DNA from: Candidatus Latescibacterota bacterium
GTDB lineage: Bacteria > Latescibacterota > UBA2968
NCBI GenBank assembly: GCA_965198115.1
Contig: OZ240241.1
Span: forward strand, 6,272,001 to 6,336,000
DNA: 64,000 bases
Direction: 5' to 3'
Positions 49,491 to 59,924 of this stretch are shown piece by piece. The position numbers and the translations under genes are program-made. The number at the start of each line of letters is the position of its first letter. Position 1 is the stretch's first letter. The notes beneath the pieces were generated by a model. It searched no databases. It worked only from the letters and a program-made list of their open reading frames with translations, and had not been told where the DNA came from.

Positions 49491-51605
49491 ATGGCTATGG
49501 CTGAGAAGAACAATCCGTTTCTGGTCCGCGAAGGACTGCCGCCTTTCGACAGGATGAAGGCCGAACACGTCGTTCCAGCGATGGAGCAGATTCTGACAGA
49601 GGTCGCAGAGCAGCTCGAGAAGATCGAGTCCGACGTGCAGCCGACGTGGGACGGATTGATGGCACCCCTAGAGGCTCTGGACATCCCGTTTGAATACGGC
49701 TGGAGTCCTGTGAATCACCTGTTGAGCGTGAAGAATGCGGATGACCTGCGGAAGGCGCACGAGGAGATTCAGCCGAAGGTCGTCGAGCTGAGTCTGTGCA
49801 TCAACCAGAGCCGAACGATCTACGAAGGAGCGAAGGCACTTCGAGATGGCGATGCGTGGGGGTCACTGGATGAGGCCCAGCAGCGCGCGGTCGAACTCAA
49901 ACTGCGCCACGCCGAACACGCGGGTGTGGGTCTCGAAGGAGCGGAAAAGGAGCGTTTTCAGGAAATCTCGCGCGAGCTGGCCAAGCTGAGTACGGATTTT
50001 TCGAACCACGTTCTGGATTCGAGGAAGCAGTTCGAGCTGATTATCGAGGATCCCACTCGTGTAGAGGGATGGCCACAAACGTTAAAACGGATTGCCGCGC
50101 AGTCCTACACGATGGCGCGAGAAGAGGACGCCTCGGCGATTCCCGAGGACGTAGCAGAAGCGGATCCGGAGACGGGGCCCTGGCGTATCACGCTCGATTA
50201 CCCGTCCTTCGGCCCCTTCATGCAGCATCACCGCGACCGGGACGATCGAGAGCATCTCTACCGTGCTTTTGTGACGGTCGCGTCGTCGGGTGAGTTCAAC
50301 AACACGGATCTGATCACGCAGACGCTCGCGCTTCGAATCGAGAAGGCGAACCTGCTGGGCTACGACACGTATGCGGATTTCAGTCTGGCCTCGAAGATGG
50401 CCCCGGGTGTCGATGCGGTCGGTGAGATGTTCGACGCGCTGAGTGCCCCGTCACGCCCGCACGCCGAGTTGGACCTGGAGGAGATGCGCGCCCTTGCCGC
50501 CGAATCTGGTGAGACAGAACCCCTCGCGCGGTGGGATCTGGCGTTCTGGGGCGAGCGGTTGCGTGAAAAGCGGTTCGATTACACGGACGACCAGCTGCGG
50601 CCTTTCTTCCCGCTGCCGAAGGTCCTGGACGGTCTGTTCGGGTTGACGGAACGGTTGTTCGACGTGACGATCGAGGTCGCGGACGGCGAAGTACCCGTTT
50701 GGCACGAGGATGTTCGCTACTTCTGCGTGCGTTCGTCCAACGGCGATCCCGTAGCGACGTTCTACCTCGATCCGTATAGCCATCCGAGCGAAAAGCGGGG
50801 AGGGGCGTGGTACAATGATTGCCTCTCTCGGCGGGTGTTAGATGGGGAGGTTCGGCTGCCCGTGGTGTATCTGTGCTGCAACGGAACGCCACCGGTTGGC
50901 GACACGCCCTCGTTGATGAGCTTTTCAGAAGTCCTCACGCTGTTCCACGAGTTCGGTCACGGCACACAGGGAATGTTCACGACGGTGAACTACGCAGACG
51001 TGTCGGGCGTGAGTGGCGTCGAGTGGGATGCGGTCGAACTGGCATCGCAGTTTCTCGAAAATTTCTGTTACCATCGCAAGACACTTCTCGGTTTGACTGA
51101 GCACGTGGAGACCGGGGAGCGTCTTCCGGACGATCTGTTCGAGAAGATCGTGGCGTCCCGGAACTTCCAGGCGGGGACGCAGATGTTGCGTCAGCTGGAG
51201 TTCGGGAAGGCGGACGTGCGTCTGCACGATGGATTCGACCCGGATGGGGCAGAGACGCCGTTCGATGTGTATCGTGAGGTATCGGAGGAGATGTCCGTGA
51301 TGGCTCCGGTCGAGGGAGATCGATTCCTCTGTAGCTTCGGGCATATCTTCGCCGGAGGATACGCGGCCGGCTACTACAGCTACAAGTGGAGTGAGGTTCT
51401 GAGCGCGGATGCCTTCGGTGCTTTCGAGGAGGCGGGACTGGACGACTCGGAGGCCGTGAAGAGGCTCGGGCGAAAGTATCGGGATACGATTCTGGCGTTG
51501 GGCGGTGGACGCCATCCGATGGATGTGTTCAGAGACTTCAGAGGGCGGGACCCGGATACGGGGGCGCTGTTGCGACAGCAGGAGCTGGCGAAGAACAGCG
51601 ATTAG
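49491..51605 (+). CDS. prlC: oligopeptidase A (M3A metallopeptidase)
   Basis: NNPFL, KRGGAW, LFHEFGH, EWDAVELASQFLE, HIFAGGYAAGYYSYKWSE. Confidence 0.93.
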   Translation: MAMAEKNNPFLVREGLPPFDRMKAEHVVPAMEQILTEVAEQLEKIESDVQPTWDGLMAPLEALDIPFEYGWSPVNHLLSVKNADDLRKAHEEIQPKVVELSLCINQSRTIYEGAKALRDGDAWGSLDEAQQRAVELKLRHAEHAGVGLEGAEKERFQEISRELAKLSTDFSNHVLDSRKQFELIIEDPTRVEGWPQTLKRIAAQSYTMAREEDASAIPEDVAEADPETGPWRITLDYPSFGPFMQHHRDRDDREHLYRAFVTVASSGEFNNTDLITQTLALRIEKANLLGYDTYADFSLASKMAPGVDAVGEMFDALSAPSRPHAELDLEEMRALAAESGETEPLARWDLAFWGERLREKRFDYTDDQLRPFFPLPKVLDGLFGLTERLFDVTIEVADGEVPVWHEDVRYFCVRSSNGDPVATFYLDPYSHPSEKRGGAWYNDCLSRRVLDGEVRLPVVYLCCNGTPPVGDTPSLMSFSEVLTLFHEFGHGTQGMFTTVNYADVSGVSGVEWDAVELASQFLENFCYHRKTLLGLTEHVETGERLPDDLFEKIVASRNFQAGTQMLRQLEFGKADVRLHDGFDPDGAETPFDVYREVSEEMSVMAPVEGDRFLCSFGHIFAGGYAAGYYSYKWSEVLSADAFGAFEEAGLDDSEAVKRLGRKYRDTILALGGGRHPMDVFRDFRGRDPDTGALLRQQELAKNSD

Positions 51606-51617
51606 GGAATCAGGAAA

Positions 51618-52184
51618 TTAGGGAATCGTGGTGAGGGGTTGGGAGTCGGCCTTCCGGTAGACGTAGACGTTTGTTTGGTAGACGTCGGGAACGGTTTCGG
51701 TGCGAATGGGGTGCCATCCAGGTACGGCGAATGTATTGCTGACGACGTGGGCGGTGTCTTTGAGTTCCGAGTCGAATTTCGTTCTTAATTTGCTCATCGT
51801 GGCAGGCGATTGATAACAGACGATGAGATCCGCATCGCTGAGGTCCACGTCCAGGAAGTTGGCCCGATCGACAAGGACTCCCTTCCCCTGGAAGGATGCG
51901 CGTAACCGGGCGACCCAGAACGGCACCGGCGAGTTTTCGTAGCCGAAGACCTGGATCTGGGGATGGTTCGCGGCAATCGGAAGGGCGAGGGTTCCCCATC
52001 CTATGCCCAGCTCGAAGACCTTTCCCCTGGGCTGTATCTGCGCGATGACTACGAGAATGACGCGTTTAACTCTGCGACCGGTTGGAGAGGGCGGAATGCC
52101 GTTCTCCATGGTGTAGATGACGATGGATGCGCCCGACAGAGCCACGGCGACGAGGAGCGAGAGAGACAGCACGGTCCAGAACAT
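51618..52184 (-). CDS. class I SAM-dependent methyltransferase with N-terminal TM anchor
   Basis: NGIPPSPT, FELGIGWG, GYENSP, VVSNTFAVPGW. Confidence 0.85.
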   Translation of the reverse strand: MFWTVLSLSLLVAVALSGASIVIYTMENGIPPSPTGRRVKRVILVVIAQIQPRGKVFELGIGWGTLALPIAANHPQIQVFGYENSPVPFWVARLRASFQGKGVLVDRANFLDVDLSDADLIVCYQSPATMSKLRTKFDSELKDTAHVVSNTFAVPGWHPIRTETVPDVYQTNVYVYRKADSQPLTTIP

Positions 52185-52231
52185 GGGGGGACGATAGGTC
52201 GTCGTGGCCACAATGACAAGGAGGCTGGCCG

Positions 52232-52968
52232 TTGGGCGTTTACACTGCACGTTTGGTGGATGAAGTTCGACTCGAACGGATGCGACCATCGCAGATCGAA
52301 GCGGCGATGGCCCGTTGCCCCGCCATTTATGTGCCTTGCGGTGCGGTGGAGTGGCACGGGTATCACAACCTGGTGGGACTCGATTGTCTGAAAGCTCACG
52401 AGCAACTCGTGGGTCTCGCCTTGCGCGTCGGAGGTGTCGTGTATCCCCCCGTCTATTTCGGCTCGGGGGGCGGTCACACCGACTGGCCGCACTCCTACAT
52501 GGTGGATGCAGAAGCGATGGCTTCGATTCTAACATCGCTGCTGCACGGGTTCGAGCGGGATGGCTATGGATCTGTCATTCTGCTTTCCGGCCACTATCCG
52601 AATCGAAGGCAGTATCTCGATTCCGCAACGGCGAGATATGCGGCGGAGGGGGGCGGGATGCGGGTACTCGCCGTCGTGGAAAACGAATTCGATGGGGTCG
52701 GGGGAGACCACGCGGCAAAGTTCGAGACATTATCGATGATGTTCCTCGACCCCGATGCACAGGATTTGTCGACCCTGGAGGGTGCACCTGTTGATGATAT
52801 GGGTGAAGCCGATGAGCGAAAAATTGGATGGATCGAGCCCTCGAGGGGCACCCGTGCTATGGGCTCGTGGGCATCGATCCACGTAAGCACGCCAGTGTCG
52901 CGGTTGGACGGGAATCTTCTGAGCGTCTGATCGATGCCCTCTCGGTGTGGCTACAGGGAGATTCGTAG
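52232..52968 (+). CDS. creatininase/MftE family amidohydrolase (frameshift in A-run ~52820)
   Basis: GAVEWHG.H..VGLD, LSGHY, GDHAAKFET; corrected C-terminus ends at TAG 52966-52968. Confidence 0.85.
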
Positions 52969-53025
52969 CTCGGATTTCAGTTTGCGGTTGTTCCTGTTCG
53001 TGTATCTTAAAAGCCATTACGAAAA

Positions 53026-53409
53026 ATGGAACAGACGGAGGATTTGGTGGCCAAGGTTCTGGATCACTTTCCAGATGTTTCGGACAGGGAGTTCGTCTAC
53101 CTGAGGAACTTGATCGAAGATCTGGATGAAAATATAGCGAGGGCGTTCGCTGCGGAATACTACCGACGACGACGCAGTCCGGGGTTGATCATGGTGTTGA
53201 CTTTGATCGGGTTCCTGGGACTCGCCGGTCTTCAGCGCTTCGCCCTGGGTAAGGTTGGAACAGGGTTTCTGTATCTCGTGACACTGGGTCTCGTGGGAGT
53301 GGGTACGATCTTCGATCTCATTCGGTACGAGCAGATGGCCTACGACCACAATCGTTTCGCCGCGCAACGTGTGGATATCATCGTTCGAGGAGATGCGGTC
53401 GAACTATAA
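53026..53409 (+). CDS. TM2 domain membrane protein
   Basis: GLAGLQRFALGKVGTGFLYLVTLGLVGVGTIFDL. Confidence 0.88.
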   Translation: MEQTEDLVAKVLDHFPDVSDREFVYLRNLIEDLDENIARAFAAEYYRRRRSPGLIMVLTLIGFLGLAGLQRFALGKVGTGFLYLVTLGLVGVGTIFDLIRYEQMAYDHNRFAAQRVDIIVRGDAVEL

Positions 53410-53482
53410 CGACCGTGAGCTGCGTCCTGTCACGCGCCGGCGACAGACGTGGATTCGAAAGCCGGCGAGGAAAGAGGATCGT

Positions 53483-53764
53483 TTGGCTCGCGCGAGTGCA
53501 CGTCACATTCTGGTCGAGTCCGAGGAGGACTGTCAGAACCTGAAGCAAGCCATCGAAGAGGGTGGCAATTTCGCCGAACTGGCCAAGGAACATTCCACGT
53601 GTCCTTCGGGGAAGTCGGGCGGCGATCTGGGTGAATTCGGACCTGGAGATATGGTGCCTGAATTCGACGCCGTGGTGTTCAGCGCCGACGTTGGCGTCGT
53701 CCAGGGTCCGGTGAAGACGCAGTTTGGCTACCATCTGTTGGAGGTAACGGATCGGACGGAGTAG
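53483..53764 (+). CDS. ppiC: parvulin-type peptidyl-prolyl isomerase
   Basis: ASARHILV, HSTCPSGKSGGDLG, MVPEFD, KTQFGYHL; TTG start. Confidence 0.93.
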   Translation: MARASARHILVESEEDCQNLKQAIEEGGNFAELAKEHSTCPSGKSGGDLGEFGPGDMVPEFDAVVFSADVGVVQGPVKTQFGYHLLEVTDRTE

Positions 53765-53796
53765 ATCGAGAATCGAATATCGAGAATCGAGTATTG

Positions 53797-53827
53797 GCGC
53801 CGCGACAGAGGTTGTTGCGGCGCTTTT
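53797..53827 (+). terminator. intrinsic terminator after ppiC
   Basis: GCGCCGCGACA...TGTTGCGGCGC-TTTT. Confidence 0.7.
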
Positions 53828-53892
53828 GTATCTGATGTGATGGGGGTACGTTAAGTACACCGGTTGAAATCCCAACTATCGAGAGCAGGGCT

Positions 53893-55575
53893 ATGAGCGT
53901 TCGAGCAATCATTCTTCTGATCGCTGTTATGTCAGGCAGTGTGCGGGCTGAACCTTTTCCTTCGGACGACGCCATTCGAGAGATTCTGCGTGCACGCGTG
54001 GACACGTTCAAGCAGAGCGTGGGCATGGTGGTCGGGTTGATCGATGAGACGGGGACCCGGACGATCGGCTACGGTCGGAGCCACGTGGAGGACGGACATG
54101 CCGTTCACGGCAGCACTATTTACGAGATCGGATCGATTTCGAAAGTGTTTACCACCGTTGTGCTTGCCGATATGGTACGGCGGGGTGAGGTGAGACTGAC
54201 GGATCCCGTCTCGCGCTACGTGAATGACGTTCGATTGCCGACACAAAGAGGGCGGGAAATCGCCCTCGTCGATCTTGCGACCCATCGATCGGGTCTTCCG
54301 AGAATGCCAGACGACGTGACGGTCGACATGGAAGCGGAGTCGGATGTCTATTCGGTCGAACAGATGCACGACTTCCTATCGCGCTGCTCGTTGATCGACG
54401 ATATCGGGGCTCGCTATTACTACTCCAACCTGGGTTTTGGTCTTCTTGCGGAGGCGCTTTCGCGTCGTGCTGGAAAGAGGTTCGAACAATTGCTGGTCGA
54501 GCGGATCTGCGACCCACTAGATTTAGCGGATACGAGATTCCATCTAACAGCTGAACAGCGTGAACGTAAAGCGGGTACTCACGATTGGCGCCACGGAGAG
54601 ACACCCGAACTGGTTTTTGAAGGGATGGAAGGTGCAGGCGCTCTGCGGTCGACCGCTCGCGACCTCCTTCGTTTCCTCGCAGCGAACGCAGGGCTAGACG
54701 ACAGCGTTCTGTGGGAGTCCTCCCAAGTCTCTCACCTGGATCGAAAGTCAGCGGGAGAAAACGTGGAGATCGGCCTGGGCTGGCACACCATCGTACGTGG
54801 TGGGCGAAGGCTGGTTGTACACGGTGGCGCGACGTATGGGAACCTTTCATTCGCAGGGTTCGACCGGGAAGGACGACGAGGCGTGGTGGTGTTGTCCAAT
54901 GCACGAGGCATCATTGGCGATATCGGATTCCACCTCCTGGATCCAACGGTCCGGCTTGCGCGATTGAACGAGGAAGAGGAACGTCCACCTACCGTGGATA
55001 TGCCCTTCGAAAAGCTAGCACGTTTGGCGGGCGAATACGAGCTTGGACCCAATTCGGTCTTTGTGGTGACCGCGAAGGATGAGACGATCTACGGATCCTT
55101 CAACGACGGGTTGCAGTTTCCGCTACGGGCCACGTCAGATCACGAGCTCTTTACCGATTTGGCTCCGTCTGTGATGGATTTCTCGGAGTTCGAGGAGAAT
55201 CGACCCCAGAAGGTCACTTTTAGATATCGCGGGCACGAAACGACGGGCAATCGGATTGAAGACTACCATCGTGCACCCAGTAGAGTGGTGACAGATGAGT
55301 CGAATTTGGGACGATATGCCGGTACCTACGAGGTGGAAGACGGTCTTACGCTGACTGTACGAGATCGCGACGGAGTTTTGACGATTCAGGGAGAGGGACA
55401 GGGAGAGTTGCAAACGGTAGCCACACGGGCTGGATTCTACTCTGCGCCCGCGCAAGCCGAGATCGTTTTCGAACAGAATGAATCTGGCGTCGTCACGGGG
55501 CTTATCCTGAGACAGGATGGCGAATTTCGGGCGGAGAGAATCGGGGACATCAAGGCGGGACAGAACGATGATTGA
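53893..55575 (+). CDS. exported serine hydrolase (AmpC-like) with C-terminal DUF3471-like domains
   Basis: Signal peptide, EIGSISK, LATHRSGL, YYSNLG, HGG. Confidence 0.9.
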   Translation: MSVRAIILLIAVMSGSVRAEPFPSDDAIREILRARVDTFKQSVGMVVGLIDETGTRTIGYGRSHVEDGHAVHGSTIYEIGSISKVFTTVVLADMVRRGEVRLTDPVSRYVNDVRLPTQRGREIALVDLATHRSGLPRMPDDVTVDMEAESDVYSVEQMHDFLSRCSLIDDIGARYYYSNLGFGLLAEALSRRAGKRFEQLLVERICDPLDLADTRFHLTAEQRERKAGTHDWRHGETPELVFEGMEGAGALRSTARDLLRFLAANAGLDDSVLWESSQVSHLDRKSAGENVEIGLGWHTIVRGGRRLVVHGGATYGNLSFAGFDREGRRGVVVLSNARGIIGDIGFHLLDPTVRLARLNEEEERPPTVDMPFEKLARLAGEYELGPNSVFVVTAKDETIYGSFNDGLQFPLRATSDHELFTDLAPSVMDFSEFEENRPQKVTFRYRGHETTGNRIEDYHRAPSRVVTDESNLGRYAGTYEVEDGLTLTVRDRDGVLTIQGEGQGELQTVATRAGFYSAPAQAEIVFEQNESGVVTGLILRQDGEFRAERIGDIKAGQNDD

Positions 55576-56341
55576 AATCGAGCATCTCTGGAAGACTTTT
55601 AGACTCTCGAAAAAACAGCAGGCCGAGTCGGATGCTCCCGCCCCTGGAGGTGTCGCCCACGCCGTGGCCGGAATCAGTCTCACGTGTCAACCAGGTCGCA
55701 TCTTCACGCTGCTCGGACCGAACGGGGCGGGCAAGACAACGACGCTGAGGATGATCGCGACGCTCATGAAACCGACTTCCGGGTCGATTCGAGTTGCGGG
55801 CATCGACGCCGTCGAGAATTCTGGAGGGGTTCGGAGGAAGATTGGGTTTCTGACGGGATCGACGAAGCTCTACGATCGCCTAACCCCTCTCGAGGTCGTT
55901 CGCTTCTATGCCGACGTCCACGGGATCGACAGGGCCACATTCGATCGTCGATCGGATGAACTGTTCACGCTGCTGGACATGCACGACTTCGTGAACAAGC
56001 GGATCGGAAAGCTCTCAACCGGTATGACGCAGAAGGTGTCGATCGCCAGGACCATGATCCACGATCCGGAAGTCGTCGTGTTCGACGAGCCGACTGTGGG
56101 GCTCGATGTCATCACCTCACGGACGATCGTCGACATGATCCGCCGATGCAGGGAGGCCGGGAAGACCGTGATCTTCTCGACCCACATCATGGGCGAAGTC
56201 GGTCTGTTGAGCGATGACCTTGCGATTATCCACAACGGTGCGCTCTGTTACAATGGATCTTACGACGACTTCCGATCCGTGGCGCAGAGCGATTCGATGG
56301 AGGAGGAATTCATCCGCTATCTGGAAGGGGCACCCGGATGA
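55568..56341 (+). CDS. ABC transporter ATP-binding protein (NatA-like)
   Basis: GPNGAGKTT, LSTGM, FDEPTVGLD, STH. Confidence 0.92.
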   Translation: MIEIEHLWKTFRLSKKQQAESDAPAPGGVAHAVAGISLTCQPGRIFTLLGPNGAGKTTTLRMIATLMKPTSGSIRVAGIDAVENSGGVRRKIGFLTGSTKLYDRLTPLEVVRFYADVHGIDRATFDRRSDELFTLLDMHDFVNKRIGKLSTGMTQKVSIARTMIHDPEVVVFDEPTVGLDVITSRTIVDMIRRCREAGKTVIFSTHIMGEVGLLSDDLAIIHNGALCYNGSYDDFRSVAQSDSMEEEFIRYLEGAPG

Positions 56342-57549
56342 TCTACACGATCTTTCGGAAGGAACTCCTCGATACGATTCGCGATCGGCGGACGATCATC
56401 ACCGCGATCCTAGTCCCACTGCTGCTTTTTCCGGTTCTTGGAGGTGTCATCATCAAGGTGGTCGAGTCGCAGCAGGAGCAGGCGCGAGAACGGACGCTGG
56501 ACGTATTGTTGATCGACCACGGACAGGCCTCACGGTTCAGAGATCTGCTCTACCGCGAGGGGGATCTCCTCCTGAAAAAGGGGGATATCCGGATTCGTGA
56601 GGATCTCTCTCTCGATGAAGGTCGAGATCTGGTCGTGTCGGATAGCCTGACTGCCGTCTTGTACTTCGATCCTGAGTTCGAACGTCAGCGGAGTGAGGGC
56701 CTGCCAGGCGTTCTGTCCGTCTACTACAAGCGGACGGACAGCGGCCGGATCGAGCGAGATCGAATTTTGGACCTTGTAGAGCGGTATGAGACGCTGCTGT
56801 ATGAGGAGCGTCTCGAATCGATGCGCCTCGACCGGGAGACTTCGCTGAATCCCCTCGTGGTGAACGAATTCAACGTCGCCTCCGAAAAGGAGCGATTTGC
56901 GAGTGTCATTGGGGGTTTTCTCCCGTATTTGTTCGTCGTATTCGCGATGATGGGCTGCTTTCATCCGGCGACCGATCTTGCCGCCGGAGAAAAGGAGCGC
57001 GGCACGTTCGAGACACTGCTGACGATCCCAGCGTCGCGCCTACAGATTTTGACGGGTAAGTTTCTCGTCGTGCTTCTGAACGGGCTTTTGTCGGCCGGTT
57101 TGGGACTCGCGAGTCTATATTTCACGTTCCATATTGCGATCGATGTACCCGATCGTATTCAATCCGCGATTGTGAGCATCCTGGAGATCGAATCGATTCT
57201 GACGATTCTATCGTTGTTGATTCCGATTACGATCTTTTTTGCGGCGGTGATGCTGATGTTGTCGGTTCACGCTCGCTCTTACAAAGAAGCACAGTCGACC
57301 ATCAACCCTCTTATGATCGTCGTGTTCGTTCCGATTTACGCCGCGGCTATTCCCGGTGTCCGACTAACCGTGAAGACTGCATTCGTCCCCATCCTGAACA
57401 TGGCCCTCGCCATCAAAGCGGTCGCAACTGGGACGGCGACTTTCGTGCCGATGGCGATCGTCTATGGATCCTTGATCCTGCTTGCTGCGCTGAGTCTGTA
57501 TTTCTGTGCGAAAATGTTCGAGCGGGAAAGCGCGGTTTTCAGGAGCTAG
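56338..57549 (+). CDS. ABC transporter permease (NatB-like)
   Basis: IFRKELLDTIRDRRT, AGEKERGTFETLL, ARSYKEAQ. Confidence 0.92.
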   Translation: MIYTIFRKELLDTIRDRRTIITAILVPLLLFPVLGGVIIKVVESQQEQARERTLDVLLIDHGQASRFRDLLYREGDLLLKKGDIRIREDLSLDEGRDLVVSDSLTAVLYFDPEFERQRSEGLPGVLSVYYKRTDSGRIERDRILDLVERYETLLYEERLESMRLDRETSLNPLVVNEFNVASEKERFASVIGGFLPYLFVVFAMMGCFHPATDLAAGEKERGTFETLLTIPASRLQILTGKFLVVLLNGLLSAGLGLASLYFTFHIAIDVPDRIQSAIVSILEIESILTILSLLIPITIFFAAVMLMLSVHARSYKEAQSTINPLMIVVFVPIYAAAIPGVRLTVKTAFVPILNMALAIKAVATGTATFVPMAIVYGSLILLAALSLYFCAKMFERESAVFRS

Positions 57550-57645
57550 GAATTCTTAACGCAGAGAACGTCCTCAACTACGCTCGGGATAGACTCCAGG
57601 CGTGGGGTCGGACCGCGGATGATCGTTAGACATATAGAAAAGCAG

Positions 57646-57676
57646 AAAGCCCCTGGCACGAGATGCCGGGGGCTTC
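57646..57676 (-). terminator. intrinsic terminator for the small minus-strand ORF
   Basis: AAAGCCCCTGGCA-CGAGA-TGCCGGGGGCTT with a preceding A-rich tract (T-rich on the minus strand). Confidence 0.7.
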
Positions 57677-57714
57677 ATTGGTTTCTGGACCTGGTCGAAT
57701 ATGAACTCGGCGAA

Positions 57715-57882
57715 TCAGGATTCGGTTACTCTGATGCATTTGTACCAGACACCGTCGCGGCAAGTGTAGCCCTCCTCGACGACCTCGACTGACTTCTCGC
57801 CAGAGACGCCGATTCGGTGATACCAGGTGTCGTCTTTTCTAACGAATCCGCCATCTTTGAGGGCTTTTTTGCGGTCTGCCAT
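57715..57882 (-). CDS. 55-aa small protein with an internal repeat
   Basis: GGAG RBS, own terminator; GFVRKDDTWYHRI / GYTCRDGVWYKCI. Confidence 0.65.
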   Translation of the reverse strand: MADRKKALKDGGFVRKDDTWYHRIGVSGEKSVEVVEEGYTCRDGVWYKCIRVTES

Positions 57883-58046
57883 GGCTCGTCTCCGGTGTGT
57901 GGGGTGTAGGGCATCCCTTAATCTTATTTTCGGCATATTTTGGCGTGGAGATGAGTCTTTTTTCGCCACTTTCGGCAAGTTCCGGAGGATGGGGGTCGTA
58001 GTCTTCCGAGGCATATATTATGAACGGGTGGAGGGAGACTAAGACG

Positions 58047-58433
58047 ATGTCGCAACCATTCGGATTGTCCCAGATTGGCCAAATCGCCATACCGGTGACT
58101 GACCTGGATCGCTCGACCGAGTTCTACGAGAAGCGTCTCGGGATGAAGCTGCTGTTTCAGATTCCCGGTAAATTCTCTTTTTTCGACAACGGTGGCGTTC
58201 GGCTGATGATCACTTTGCCAGAGGGAGAGCCTTCGGAGCATCGTGCGTCAATCATCTACTACAAGGTCGAAGGGCTCGAGGAAGCGACCGGCACCCTGAA
58301 GTCACGTGGTGTCGACTTCGTGGACGAACCTCATCTGATCGCCAAGATGCCAGATCACGAACTTTGGATGGCTTTCTTTGAGGATCCTGACGGGAATACG
58401 CTGGCGATGATGGAGGAAAAGCGAGGGGAATGA
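58047..58433 (+). CDS. VOC/glyoxalase family protein
   Basis: IGQIAIPV.DL..STEFY...LG, MAFFEDPDGNTLAM. Confidence 0.92.
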   Translation: MSQPFGLSQIGQIAIPVTDLDRSTEFYEKRLGMKLLFQIPGKFSFFDNGGVRLMITLPEGEPSEHRASIIYYKVEGLEEATGTLKSRGVDFVDEPHLIAKMPDHELWMAFFEDPDGNTLAMMEEKRGE

Positions 58434-58475
58434 CCATGACGGTACAAATGACCGATGGTTCCTGAGGTTGGTGAA

Positions 58476-59282
58476 ATGGCCGACGAACTGAAGGACAAAG
58501 TCGCTGTGGTAACGGGCGCAGCACAAGGCCTGGGTCTGGGAATGGTCGAACGGCTGGCCGAGGATGGTGCCGAGGTCATCATCGCCGATGTTCAGCTGGA
58601 GAAGGCGGAATCTGAAGCCGAGGGCCTGAAGAGGAAGGGCCTGAACGTGGAAGCTTCCCACCTGGACGTGGGTGATAGCAACGCGGTGAATCGCTTCTTC
58701 GACACCGTGATCGATCAGCGTGGGCGGCTCGATATTCTCGTCAACAGCGCTGGGGTGGGTCAGATGGTGACGCACACGGTTGACTTGAGCGACGACGAGT
58801 GGGAGCGAGTCATTCACATTACTTTGACGGGGACCTTTTACTGCTGCCGAGCTGCGGGTCGAATCATGGAAAAGCAAGAGGGCGGATGCGTGGTGAACGT
58901 TGCATCGATCAACGGTCAAAGCCCTGCTGCTCTTGTGGCTGCCTACAACGTTGCGAAGGCCGGCGTGATTAGCCTGACGAAGACTCTGGCGTTGGAACTC
59001 GCAGCATACGGGGTCCGCGTGAATGCAGTGAGTCCCGGTCCGGTCTACACCGAGTTTAATCGAAGGAACATGGCACAACGGTGTGAGACGCTGAATATCG
59101 GGGAACAGGAGATGATCGAACGTGTGAGGGCCTCGATTCCGTTGGGTCGCTGGGGCGAGCCCACCGACATCGCAGACGGTGTTGCTTTTCTGTGTAGTTC
59201 GGCATCATCCTGGATGACCGGGGAGGTTCTACGCGTCAGCGGGGGGCTCGCTGGTGTTTCGGCAACTCCACCCAAGCGGTGA
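58476..59282 (+). CDS. SDR family oxidoreductase
   Basis: VTGAAQGLG, NSAG, YNVAK, VNAVSPG, VSGG. Confidence 0.93.
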   Translation: MADELKDKVAVVTGAAQGLGLGMVERLAEDGAEVIIADVQLEKAESEAEGLKRKGLNVEASHLDVGDSNAVNRFFDTVIDQRGRLDILVNSAGVGQMVTHTVDLSDDEWERVIHITLTGTFYCCRAAGRIMEKQEGGCVVNVASINGQSPAALVAAYNVAKAGVISLTKTLALELAAYGVRVNAVSPGPVYTEFNRRNMAQRCETLNIGEQEMIERVRASIPLGRWGEPTDIADGVAFLCSSASSWMTGEVLRVSGGLAGVSATPPKR

Positions 59283-59320
59283 AATAACCAGGATGAGATT
59301 GCCGATACCAGCGAGAATCG

Positions 59321-59896
59321 ATGATTGAGATTCGGCAGACGATTGGCGAATTGCCCGCAGGTTACGCAGGAATACCGATTTCTTTCGAGGTGAGGTCGGT
59401 GCTCGAGCCTGAGTCGATTGCGCGGGGTCTGGAGGGCATTGTTCTTCGAGAACGCGTTGTGGAGAAAGTCTGGGTCAAGGATTACGATGGCACTACCGAT
59501 GGGGGCCCGGAACGATGGTCGGAACGATTCGACACGACGAAGTGGTGCTTCCTGACGGCAGAAGAAGATGGTCGCCTGGTCGGAGGGAGTGTGGTCGACG
59601 TTGGGAATCCGGCAACCGGAGCGCCTGCGGGTCGATCCGACGTGGCCGTGCTATGGGACATCCGGGTTCGTCCCGCTTGCCGGGGGGCGGGTGTTGGGAC
59701 CCGCACTTTCGAGGCAGCAGCGGATTGGGCCCGGCGTTGTGATTGCGTACAACTGCAGGCAGAAACACAGAATGTCAATGTCGTGGCGTGTAAATTCTAC
59801 GCGAATCTGGGATGCGAGCTGGCGACGATCGATCGATACGCCTATTGGGCAGACTGGGCGGCTCCCGAGACGCGCGATGAAATCATGCTGAAGTGA
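59321..59896 (+). CDS. GNAT acetyltransferase (streptothricin acetyltransferase-like)
   Basis: LWDIRVRP.CRGAGVG, ETQNVNVVACKFY. Confidence 0.88.
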   Translation: MIEIRQTIGELPAGYAGIPISFEVRSVLEPESIARGLEGIVLRERVVEKVWVKDYDGTTDGGPERWSERFDTTKWCFLTAEEDGRLVGGSVVDVGNPATGAPAGRSDVAVLWDIRVRPACRGAGVGTRTFEAAADWARRCDCVQLQAETQNVNVVACKFYANLGCELATIDRYAYWADWAAPETRDEIMLK

Positions 59897-59924
59897 GTGC
59901 TTGCACTCTGAACGGCTGTGTCAG

